Position numbers and translations under genes: made by a program
Notes under the pieces: generated by a model
What the model saw: the letters and a program-made list of their open reading frames with translations, nothing else
Databases searched by the model: none
What the model was told of the DNA's origin: nothing
Shown here: positions 15,413 through 23,573 of the stretch, in pieces
Layout of the letters: each line of letters begins with the position of its first letter
Position numbering within the stretch: the first letter of the stretch is position 1
Virus record (IMG/VR): IMGVR_UViG_3300046115_000153
Span: 1-64,000 of that record
Length of the DNA stretch: 64,000 nucleotides
Strand: one strand, 5' to 3'
Source of the DNA: a virus

Positions 15413-17494
15413 CTACGGACAGTGGTCGGCGTGCACGTAGGGTCCGCGTTTTACCGGCTGCACGGCCCACCCCTCGGAAACACCCGCCTGAAACCAGTCG
15501 TTGACCGTCTGCCGGGACGTCCTGTGCCCCTCCGCCGCGAGACGCTGCCAAATGTCGGTGACGCTCGCACCGGCACGGCCCGCCTCCCGCAACAGCTCGA
15601 CCGTCCGCACGCGCGGATCTTTATCGGGAGGAGGACCGGGCGAATCCCCCGGCGTTTCCTTCGCCTGCGTCCATTCGGCCGCGAGAATCTCCTCGAAAGC
15701 CCTGTCCACGTCGGCCTGAGACGGCTCCGCCTCATTCCCCCCGGGCTTTTCGGCCGCTTCCCGCTCGACGCGCATCCGATCGGCTATCTCGTTCATCCGG
15801 GCCGTCGCCGCGCCCATCTCCGCGACCGGGTCGCCACCGGGACTCGCCGGCCCCGGGGACGGCGGGGCGGCGGCCGCCACCTCCGGGACGGCGGCGCCGT
15901 CGAGCATCCAAGCGATGTTCTCCGCGTCCCAGCGGGTCGTCCAGTCCTCCCCTGCGACGGCCGCCGACACCGGGTCCAGCGCCGGACGGCGGCCCGCCAC
16001 GGCGACCGCCACGTGGTCCACGGTCGACGGTGTCACCCGGTAGGTCTGCGACGGCTCCGGCCGCTCCGAATCCTGGGCGACCAGCGCGTTCCCCGGGTAG
16101 GGAATGTCCCGTGCGGTGATACCCGACGAGTTGTCGAACAGCTTGTGGATCTCCTCGTCCTTCGCTTTCATCATGACGAGCACCCCCGATTGGATACGCG
16201 CGTCTATCCCACCCAATGCGTCGCCGGTCGGGCGCAGCGACGTGCGCACAATGTTGATCCCCTCGCCCCGGAACTCCTCCTGGATGGTCAGCAGCAGCTC
16301 GGCGACCCGGACTCGCACCCGGTCGGTGACACCGGAACCGGTGATTCCCTTCCCCTCGTCGACAAGCACCGTGATCTGCGGCAACGTCGCCGACACGGGC
16401 AGCAGGTCGGTGTCGTGCTCCCGCTTCAGCCGGGCGTACTCAGGCGACGCCGCGCGCGCCCTGCCGATCCGTTCGATCATCTCGCACATGACCACGGCGC
16501 GCTCCGGGGTGCGGGTCACGAAATCAATCGCCGGCCTTTCCGCGCGGCCTTCCAACCACGGCCGGACGAAGTCGTCGAGCAGGTTTCCCTTGAAGTCGAC
16601 GACGCATATCAGCTCGTCGACCATCTCCGAAAGGCGCAGCGTGAACACCCGCATCAGGTTGGACTTGCCGCCCTTCTTCTGGCCGACGATCAGCACCGAG
16701 TCCTGTCTGGTGTTGACCAGCGTTTTCGAACTGTCGCGCTTCACCCCGACGTCGTAGTCGTCGTTGGCGCTGCGCATCGGGCAGTCCAACGGGTACGGGA
16801 CCGGGGAGGACAGCGCGTTGTGGGTGGACACGGCCAGCAGCACCCGGTCACGCCCCGCGCCCTCCGCCACGTCGATGCCGCAGCCCTCGGGCAGCCGGGC
16901 ACGGGAAGCCAGGTTCGCAGCCCGGGAAGCCACGTCGGACGCGGTCGCACCACCGCCGAGACGGGCCTCCACCGTGTACCCCGGCTCGTCGCAGTTAGGG
17001 GTGGACGGCCACGCCTCCACCGCCACCACCTGCGCCGACACGTGGCAGATCTCCCTGAGCAGACCCTCCCACTCCTGCGCCCGACGCTGCCTCGAAGTGA
17101 CGGCCAGCTGCGCCGTACGGCGCTCCCGCTCCGCCCGCTCCCGGCGGCCCGCCGCCGAACCCAGCAGACCCAGCACCAGCCCCCCGCCAGCCAAGACGCC
17201 GACCCCCTCCACCGACCACGGCGTACGGGCGGCGGCCCACGCCACCCAGCCCCCCGAGCAGGCGAAACACGCCGCGCGGAAGACCACGGCGAACCCCGTC
17301 AGGCCCGACCGGACGGCGGCCAGCGCGGCGGCCAGCCCCGCGGCGGCACCCGCGAAGGCCGGGTACCGCCAGTCCAGCCCGGTGACGTCGCCGAGAACAG
17401 CCAGCGCGAACGTGGTGACGGTCGCGTTGACCGTGGCCATCACCGGGCCGTGCCGCCACGACAAGTCGAACAGCTGCCACGGCACGGTCGTCAC
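15413..17494 (-). CDS. traB: TraB/TraSA-like FtsK/SpoIIIE-family DNA translocase (693 aa)
   Basis: GTG 17494 overlaps the upstream stop (GTGTGA), an inner start of ORF 15413..18043. N-terminal TM helices, Walker A GQKKGGKSN, Walker B-like ITVLVDEGKG and a C-terminal winged-helix-like tail. Confidence 0.8.
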   Translation of the reverse strand: MTTVPWQLFDLSWRHGPVMATVNATVTTFALAVLGDVTGLDWRYPAFAGAAAGLAAALAAVRSGLTGFAVVFRAACFACSGGWVAWAAARTPWSVEGVGVLAGGGLVLGLLGSAAGRRERAERERRTAQLAVTSRQRRAQEWEGLLREICHVSAQVVAVEAWPSTPNCDEPGYTVEARLGGGATASDVASRAANLASRARLPEGCGIDVAEGAGRDRVLLAVSTHNALSSPVPYPLDCPMRSANDDYDVGVKRDSSKTLVNTRQDSVLIVGQKKGGKSNLMRVFTLRLSEMVDELICVVDFKGNLLDDFVRPWLEGRAERPAIDFVTRTPERAVVMCEMIERIGRARAASPEYARLKREHDTDLLPVSATLPQITVLVDEGKGITGSGVTDRVRVRVAELLLTIQEEFRGEGINIVRTSLRPTGDALGGIDARIQSGVLVMMKAKDEEIHKLFDNSSGITARDIPYPGNALVAQDSERPEPSQTYRVTPSTVDHVAVAVAGRRPALDPVSAAVAGEDWTTRWDAENIAWMLDGAAVPEVAAAAPPSPGPASPGGDPVAEMGAATARMNEIADRMRVEREAAEKPGGNEAEPSQADVDRAFEEILAAEWTQAKETPGDSPGPPPDKDPRVRTVELLREAGRAGASVTDIWQRLAAEGHRTSRQTVNDWFQAGVSEGWAVQPVKRGPYVHADHCP

Positions 17495-18873
17495 ACGTTC
17501 CACAGCTTCTCCCCCGGCCGGGGGGCTTCCCGGCGGGCCAGGTCGGCCTCGTGGGCACGGCGGGCGGCCGGCTGGATCTCCTCGGCCGCCCTCGACGCCG
17601 CCGCGCCGACCTGCGCCATCGCGTACAGCAGGTCGGTGACGGACCGGGCGGCGGGCAGGTCGGACTGGGTCTTCACCGCCAGCGTTCTGATCGTCTTCGC
17701 GAAGTTGTCGGCCATCTTCGGCAGCTCGCCGAGGTGGGCGACGAACTCGAACATGTCGGCGGGCGCGTACTTCGCCATAGCGGCGAAAGCGTCCTCGAGG
17801 TGTTGGGCCGGTGCGAACTTGGACACGGGCACTCCTTCCGGGTTTCCGGCCGGGGCCGGCTGTGGCCGCGCGGCCGGGTTCGGCACGGGCGGAGACGGTG
17901 CCGGGGTCGCCGGCGGGGCGGGCTTGCCGAGGACCTTGCCGTTCGCGGCGGCGGGCTTGGCGACCTGCCCGGACACGCCGGGCCCGACACCGGCCGGGCT
18001 GCGGCGGCGCAACCGGCGCCACAGTGCGCGCAGAAGCCGCCACGCGGCGCGAAACAACTTCCGTACGGCCCGGCCCAAGCCCCGGCGGCCCATCGCCAGC
18101 GCGACGAACCCGGTGGCCAGCGCCCGGCGGGGCACGGTCCCGCCGGGCCGGCGGGCGACCGCGAACGCCGCACGTCCCCGACTGGCACGGGTGGCACGCC
18201 GGGCGTCGCCGTACGCGCCTCCGACAGCGCGGCCGGTGCGGCGCGCGGTACGGGCCAACGCACCTGTCGCGGCCCTCGCGGCCGTACCGGTACGCGACGG
18301 TGCACCGTGCCTGCGGCGGGCCGGTGCGAACGCGGCCGTACCGGTACGTGCGGCGGTACGGCGAAGGGCACGCGGCACGGGCGGGGTGCCGGTACGGCGA
18401 GAGGACGGTGCGATCGTGCGGTGGTCGGCGGTCGTACCGGTACGACCACCGCGGCCCTTGCCCGCGGCGCCCGCACCCGAACCGGTACCGACGGGACGGG
18501 GCCTACGCGCACCGGTACTACTCCCGGCGAGGGAGCGGGCAGGCACCGTACGGCCAGTACCGGCGACCCCGTACGGCGCCGCACCGGAACGGGCACGGCG
18601 TACGGCGCGGCGCTGGGCGACGCCCGCACCCGCGACGCCCGCACCCGCGACGGCGAGCCCTGTCAGCCCCGCCGCGGTGTAGGCGCCCGCACCCGCGACG
18701 ACGACCACGTCCGCCGCCAGCACCAGCAGCGGGCCGGCGGGGACGCGCGGGGTGCGGGGTGCGGGGTGCGGCGGCGGCACCCCGTCGGGCGGTGCGGGCA
18801 CGGCCCGCACCGGTACGGCCGGGGGTGCGGGCCGTGCGGTCACGGGTGCGGCGGCGGGCGGCGGGCGGGTCAC
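17491..18873 (-). CDS. Pro/Arg-rich membrane protein in the Spd position (460 aa)
   Basis: GTGA-coupled inner start (18873) of ORF 17491..18921. One TM region, RTGT repeats and a structured C-terminal 130 aa. Function is inferred from position only. Confidence 0.6.
   Translation of the reverse strand: MTRPPPAAAPVTARPAPPAVPVRAVPAPPDGVPPPHPAPRTPRVPAGPLLVLAADVVVVAGAGAYTAAGLTGLAVAGAGVAGAGVAQRRAVRRARSGAAPYGVAGTGRTVPARSLAGSSTGARRPRPVGTGSGAGAAGKGRGGRTGTTADHRTIAPSSRRTGTPPVPRALRRTAARTGTAAFAPARRRHGAPSRTGTAARAATGALARTARRTGRAVGGAYGDARRATRASRGRAAFAVARRPGGTVPRRALATGFVALAMGRRGLGRAVRKLFRAAWRLLRALWRRLRRRSPAGVGPGVSGQVAKPAAANGKVLGKPAPPATPAPSPPVPNPAARPQPAPAGNPEGVPVSKFAPAQHLEDAFAAMAKYAPADMFEFVAHLGELPKMADNFAKTIRTLAVKTQSDLPAARSVTDLLYAMAQVGAAASRAAEEIQPAARRAHEADLARREAPRPGEKLWNV
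18283..18444. repeat. three perfect 12-bp palindromes CGTACCGGTACG plus flanking half-sites
   Basis: Perfect copies at 18283-94, 18337-48 and 18433-44 (the last extends to the 16-bp GTCGTACCGGTACGAC). A half-site lies at 18385-96, with more GGTAC/GTACC between 18247 and 18566. Confidence 0.8.
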
Positions 18874-19094
18874 GGGGCTTCCCCCGCCCGGGCCGCGAAC
18901 AGGTCGGCTACCTGCCGCCACGTCGCCTCGCTGGCCGGGCGAGTGCCGGCGGCGGACTCGGCGTCACGTCGGACCGTCGGGCAGGCCACGGCGGCGGCGG
19001 TGTCGGCCGCGGTCAGGCCGGGCGCGGCGAGGTCGAGCACCCGCGCCAGCCGCTCGACCTTGGCGCGGCGCGCGGCGGCCTCGTGCCAGTTCAC
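18870..19094 (-). CDS. hypothetical protein (74 aa)
   Basis: GTGA overlaps at both ends. In frame with the C-terminus of ORF 18870..20180. Confidence 0.5.
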   Translation of the reverse strand: MNWHEAAARRAKVERLARVLDLAAPGLTAADTAAAVACPTVRRDAESAAGTRPASEATWRQVADLFAARAGEAP

Positions 19095-20038
19095 TTGGTA
19101 CCCGCCTTCATCTCGCCGACGTACCGGCGGGCGGTCGCCACCGACAGTCCGATCCCCGGCCCGAACTCCTTCGCGAGCGCGGTGTTGGAACGCGGGTCGT
19201 CGGCCGGCACCCGCGCGATCAGCTCGGCGAGCGTGGCGCGGCCCTTGCCCGCGGCCCGGGCAGGTGCCGCGGCCCGGGCGGGTGCCGCGCCAGCGGCGGG
19301 CGGGGCCGGCGGCACCCGAGGTGCCAGTGCCGCCGGGGGACGCACCTCGAGGTGCGCCGGTTCGGGCGCGAGCTCGCCGAGCCGGTACAGCACCCGCACC
19401 CGGTGCGGGGCCTTCCACCGCCACTTCCGGCCGCCGTACGCCTCCCGCACCGCCGACAGCGCCAGCAGCCGGGAACGTTCCCGGTGGAGCGCCTCCGCGT
19501 AGCCGCGGGTCTCCCACAGCACCATCCGCCGCCACATGACAGCGGTGGACAGCGGGGCCAGCAGCCAGCGTGCCCGACGCACCCGTTCCATCCGCGTCGG
19601 CGAACTCAGCTTGGCGTGCCGCCGCACCGTGTGCGCGCCCACCTCCACGGCGACCACCCACACCAGGGGCAGCGTCGCGTGGGCGACCCTGCCGAGCAAG
19701 GTCGGCTGCGGGGCGACGTTGAGGTAGACGGTGGTGCCGACCAGCGCCCACGGGACGGCCCGCAGCCAACGGGTCCGCATGTCCATCCGGGCGTGCAGGA
19801 TGTCCGTCGCCGTGAAGATCGCTATGCCGATGTCGACGCCGAGCGGCGCGGACCACGCCCACCAGCCGAACGACGGGGCGACAGCCGCCTGGACGGCGGC
19901 GAACGAGTTGGCGAACCCGACCAGGCCGAGGACGGCGGCGAGGACCGCGACGGTTTTCACCGCCCGCCGTTCGCCGTCGGTCAGGGGTGCTGGCGGGGCG
20001 GGGCCGGTGTCGCGGCCGGTGGCCTCGTGGTCGCTCAT
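19091..20038 (-). CDS. DUF2637-like membrane protein with C-terminal HTH (315 aa)
   Basis: Track ORF. Four TM segments with a PLGVDIGI motif. C-terminal region RATLAELIAR...LSVATARRYV. Confidence 0.7.
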   Translation of the reverse strand: MSDHEATGRDTGPAPPAPLTDGERRAVKTVAVLAAVLGLVGFANSFAAVQAAVAPSFGWWAWSAPLGVDIGIAIFTATDILHARMDMRTRWLRAVPWALVGTTVYLNVAPQPTLLGRVAHATLPLVWVVAVEVGAHTVRRHAKLSSPTRMERVRRARWLLAPLSTAVMWRRMVLWETRGYAEALHRERSRLLALSAVREAYGGRKWRWKAPHRVRVLYRLGELAPEPAHLEVRPPAALAPRVPPAPPAAGAAPARAAAPARAAGKGRATLAELIARVPADDPRSNTALAKEFGPGIGLSVATARRYVGEMKAGTK

Positions 20039-20334
20039 GAGTACCAGTATGACTCATTGCCGTGAACCGGTGTCGTGACCCAGTTTCGTGATCTGGATGT
20101 TCGCCCGCGTTCGGCCCGGTTCGCGGTGCCGGTCGGGGCCGCCGTGAGAGCCCCGAGGAGCCCCGCGCCCTCTGGACCACCTGGACACCCCCTCCCGCCC
20201 GTCCACGGGGCTCTCAGCCTCTCCCGCGACGGGCCTCGGAGGCGGTGTCCCGCCGCTCCGCGAGGGACGACCGGGCGGACGCGCCGCCGGCCCTTTTCGA
20301 GAGACGTCGCGGCTCTCCACGGGAGTCGGCCCGG

Positions 20335-20868
20335 TCACGCCGAGAGCACCGGGAGCGCACCGACGGGCGGTGCGGCGAAGTCGGGAGACCACGGTTCCCA
20401 GTCCCCCCGCCTGCTCCGCCCGGCCGGCGGGCCGGTGAGGCGCAGGTAACGCACCGCGTTCTCGGGGTCGACGGCGAAACGGGAGCACCGGCACGGCCCC
20501 CACGTCCCGTCGCGCCTCTCGCTGGGCCCGTGCTCGGCGGTGGCGAGCGCCGCGACGACCTCGAGGCCGGGCCGGGCGAACAGCTCGACGTAGCGCCAGA
20601 GCTTGGCGAGCTCGGCCGAGCTGAACCCGGGGCTGAGGTCGGCCTTGCCGGTCAGCCGGTTGACGGTGGTCAACCGCGCACCGAGGAAGACGATCTGGCC
20701 GGGTTTGAACGCGACCCAGTCGAACGCGCCCTTGGACATGTGCGCCCGGCCGAGGTCGTCGACCTCGTAGCCGTCACGGACCAGCGCGTGCGGGACCGCG
20801 ACCCGTTCGAAGTCGCCGCCCTCGAGGCTGCGCTTGCGGTTCCAGGCCTGTTCGGCGGTGCGTGCCAT
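20335..20868 (-). CDS. hypothetical protein (177 aa), weak Hjc/PD-(D/E)xK-nuclease-like pattern
   Basis: Track ORF with a GGAGAGGGGA RBS. GGDFER...GYEV...FDWVAF pattern, but no clear catalytic E-x-K. Confidence 0.5.
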   Translation of the reverse strand: MARTAEQAWNRKRSLEGGDFERVAVPHALVRDGYEVDDLGRAHMSKGAFDWVAFKPGQIVFLGARLTTVNRLTGKADLSPGFSSAELAKLWRYVELFARPGLEVVAALATAEHGPSERRDGTWGPCRCSRFAVDPENAVRYLRLTGPPAGRSRRGDWEPWSPDFAAPPVGALPVLSA

Positions 20869-20949
20869 CTCGGTCCCCTCTCCAATTCCAAGATCTTTTT
20901 CTTGCTTACGGCACCGGGTGCCACAACTGCCGGGACGGGTCGCTTCCGC

Positions 20950-21252
20950 TCAGTCCGGGGCCTTGCCGTCCAACGCGGTCCGGACGCCGACGACGGTCGA
21001 CGACGCCTCGACGCCGGCCAGTGCGGCGTCGAGGCGGCCGACGACGACGGCCTCGGCCCGGCGGCGCCCCTCGGGGGTGGCCGGGTCCACGTCGAGGCGG
21101 TAGCTCGAGGTGACGACGACCCAGACGTCCCGCCGAGGGACGTCGCCCCGCTGGGCGTCACGTTCGGTGACGACGAGTGCCGAGCGGGCTTGGTCGGCGG
21201 CTTCGGGGGTGTTCAGGGGGTGGTCCACCGTAATCTCACTTTCGGTGTTCAT
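20950..21252 (-). CDS. hypothetical protein (100 aa)
   Basis: Track ORF. First gene after the AT-rich region. Confidence 0.6.
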   Translation of the reverse strand: MNTESEITVDHPLNTPEAADQARSALVVTERDAQRGDVPRRDVWVVVTSSYRLDVDPATPEGRRRAEAVVVGRLDAALAGVEASSTVVGVRTALDGKAPD

Positions 21253-21485
21253 CTGAATTTGGAACGTGACCGATTTGACGCTTCTGACAGAAGCGCCCGC
21301 TCAAGAAACCGCTGGTAGCGGGGCGATTACTTTTGTAGTTTCTGTCAATGCATTCAGGCCCTTAAATAAGTAACCCTTCTCTTGTCCTTTTTTACACATT
21401 TATCCGTTTTGACCATCTCTACCCCCCACTTTTCTCTCTACGAGCCCGAAAGCGTCGACACAATCGACACATTCGCGGCCCCTGT
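21253..21485. promoter_or_regulatory. AT-rich non-coding region with short repeats (ori and/or promoter candidate)
   Basis: Lowest-GC stretch of the window. Contains the palindrome GCTTCTGACAGAAGC (21280-94), TCGACACA twice (21455-62 and 21464-71), GACGCT/AGCGTC copies and a TTGACA hexamer on the minus strand. Confidence 0.6.
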
Positions 21486-23573
21486 TCACGGGGCGGCCAG
21501 GAACCGGGGATTCGCCTGGTAGCGCGGGGATTCCGGCCTGCCGCGCTTGGCCGGCGGCGAGGGGACGCGGCGGACGTAGCCGAGGTCCTCGAGGTCGAGT
21601 AGGACGCGCTCGACGTCGGAGACGTGACGGACCCAGTCCTGCCCGGCGAGTCCTCGGTGCAGTTCCCGAACACTCAGCGTCCACTCCGAACCCGACTTTG
21701 GTGACGCTGCGTCGATAGCGTCAGAAGCGTCTGATCGGTGACGCTCAAAATACGCGCCTGTACTCCGCGTAGCGGAGCGGTGGGTGCGGCGGATCCATTC
21801 GAGGGCGGTCTCGAGCTGGTCGCGCCGTGACGCTCCGTCGGCGAGCACCTCGCGGGCGTGGGCCACCAGGAACGGGGCCAGTGCCAGCGCGGCGGCCATC
21901 TCCGGGCCGGTCACCCGCGGGTGCGCGTCACCGGGCCGCTCGGCGAGCGCGAACAGCGCCGCGACCCGGACGAGGGTGCCGGGCAGCTTGGCCGCCCACG
22001 CGGCCACCTCGGAGAGGTCCCCGAGGTCGGGGTGCAGCCGCTGCTCGTGCGGCCAGCGCCAGGCGTCGAAGGCTGCCCGTGCGTCGGCGTCGAGCAGCAC
22101 CGTGCCGGGCGACCCGCCGGTGGCCGCGTCCTGCCCGGCCGCGAACACCTTGCCCACGGTCGCGACCCACTCGGCCTCGACCTCCGGGGGTGTCTCCGGC
22201 GCGTCGTTGGCCCGCGTCCCGACGGTGGTGGCGGGCCACGCGAACAGCATCCGGGGCAGCAGGCCGCGGGCGGTGAACTGCCGGACCCTGACGGCCGCCG
22301 CGATCACGTCGGGTTGGACGACGAAGCCGAGGGCGAGGAACGGCCGTTCGATGTCGAGCGGTTCGCGGGAGACCCGGTCGACCATGACGTGCTCGCCGTT
22401 GTACGCCTTCAGCACCAGGTCGAGGTTGGCGGAGCCGTCCTTGGAGTACCGTCCGGCCAGCGTCCCGAGCAGCCCGCCCTCGGCGGTGAGCACGGCCATC
22501 GGCCCGTCCTGGCTCTCCATGAGCCGGGCCAGTTCCTCGGGTGTGGTGTCGTCGCAGGTGAGCCGGGTCCGCCTCGGCGGGGTGGTGTCGGCCAGCCGCA
22601 CCGCGAGGTCCTCGGCCTCGGCGGCGGCCTCGTCGGCGGCGTGGCCCGGCCCGGCTTTCGCGGCGGCGTCGAGGGCGGCCTTGGCCCGCGCTTCCAGGAT
22701 CCTGTAGTGGGCGGTGGCGGCGGCGAAGGTCTCGGCCTCGGTGGCGCGGACGCCGCGGGTGATCGCGGTCAGTGCGCCGCCGACGGCGTTGACGACCGCC
22801 GACTTGCGGGCGCCGGAGTCGGACAGTGCCACGAGGTACAGTGCGGTCTGTTCCGTCCAGCCGGGCCGGACCCGGATTTCCCAGTTGCCCCGGGTGGCGG
22901 CGGACAGCACCGCGAGGGCGGCGAACGCGGCGAGGTCGGGCGGGGTCTGGGTGTTGGCGGCGACGGCGGCCACCACTCGCCGGACCGTGCCGGGCAGTGC
23001 GGCGGTCGGGAACTCCGGCAGCCGCGCGGACAGCGGCTTCGGTTCGGGCCAGCGGTTGCCCGATCGCCACGCGACGACGTCGAGGACGCCTCGCAGGTGG
23101 CGTTCCAGTTCGCCCCAGCCGTCGCGGTCGTCGACCGTCGTGGCGAGCTGCGCGGCCCGCGCGATCCCCGCGGCGGCCTCCCGGCCCCGCGCGGCGTCGG
23201 CGACCGCCCGGACCTGGCCGGGCAGGGTCGACGGCCCGACGGCCCGGTCGACGAGCTGGCGGAGGTAGTGCGTCCCGCCGACGGTGTCGAGGACGTCGCG
23301 GCCGTCCCCGCCGCGCCCGGCCACTTCGGGGGTGCGGTGCGCGAGCAGCGCCGCGACGGCGACGTCGCTGGCCGGTCGCCCGGCGGCGAGCAGCTCGCGC
23401 ACCGCACGGTGGACTTCGCCGTGGGCGGGTCTGCGGAAGTCGGACGCGTCGAGGTCGGCGACCACCAGTTCGGCGGCGCGCTGGTCGGTCAGTGCCGCGC
23501 CCAGGCAGTTCTGCTCCGCGCGCAGGACCGCCCGGTCGTAGTCCGACCCGTCGGGGTCGCCGTCAGTTGTCAT
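21486..23573 (-). CDS. DnaB-N-terminal-domain / DUF3987-type replication helicase-like protein (695 aa)
   Basis: ATG 23573 after CAGGAGGAG, an inner start of ORF 21486..25154. N-terminal LRAEQNCLGAAL pattern resembles the DnaB N-domain. Large DUF3987-like core and a C-terminal winged-helix. Confidence 0.7.
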   Translation of the reverse strand: MTTDGDPDGSDYDRAVLRAEQNCLGAALTDQRAAELVVADLDASDFRRPAHGEVHRAVRELLAAGRPASDVAVAALLAHRTPEVAGRGGDGRDVLDTVGGTHYLRQLVDRAVGPSTLPGQVRAVADAARGREAAAGIARAAQLATTVDDRDGWGELERHLRGVLDVVAWRSGNRWPEPKPLSARLPEFPTAALPGTVRRVVAAVAANTQTPPDLAAFAALAVLSAATRGNWEIRVRPGWTEQTALYLVALSDSGARKSAVVNAVGGALTAITRGVRATEAETFAAATAHYRILEARAKAALDAAAKAGPGHAADEAAAEAEDLAVRLADTTPPRRTRLTCDDTTPEELARLMESQDGPMAVLTAEGGLLGTLAGRYSKDGSANLDLVLKAYNGEHVMVDRVSREPLDIERPFLALGFVVQPDVIAAAVRVRQFTARGLLPRMLFAWPATTVGTRANDAPETPPEVEAEWVATVGKVFAAGQDAATGGSPGTVLLDADARAAFDAWRWPHEQRLHPDLGDLSEVAAWAAKLPGTLVRVAALFALAERPGDAHPRVTGPEMAAALALAPFLVAHAREVLADGASRRDQLETALEWIRRTHRSATRSTGAYFERHRSDASDAIDAASPKSGSEWTLSVRELHRGLAGQDWVRHVSDVERVLLDLEDLGYVRRVPSPPAKRGRPESPRYQANPRFLAAP

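Noticed and set aside
15422-18682. A 1086-aa plus-strand ORF, and similar giant Arg/Pro/Gly/Ala-rich ORFs: 2456..4141(-), 17551..19539(+), 17811..19502(+), 21858..23615(+), 23972..25441(+), 57372..59264(+), 58753..61044(-), 54887..56581(-).
   Set aside because: These are antisense or off-frame shadows typical of 70% GC DNA. They have low-complexity composition and no GC3 periodicity. Each overlaps a frame with recognisable domains (TraB, helicases, tail proteins).
20039-20334. A small gene or sRNA in the 296-bp gap upstream of the DUF2637 gene (track ORFs 20054..20503 and 20075..20449).
   Set aside because: Neither frame shows GC3 periodicity or a plausible start context. The only notable structure is a 10-bp stem (GAGAGCCCCG/CGGGGCTCTC) with a roughly 50-nt loop. 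It is left unannotated as a probable promoter or leader region.
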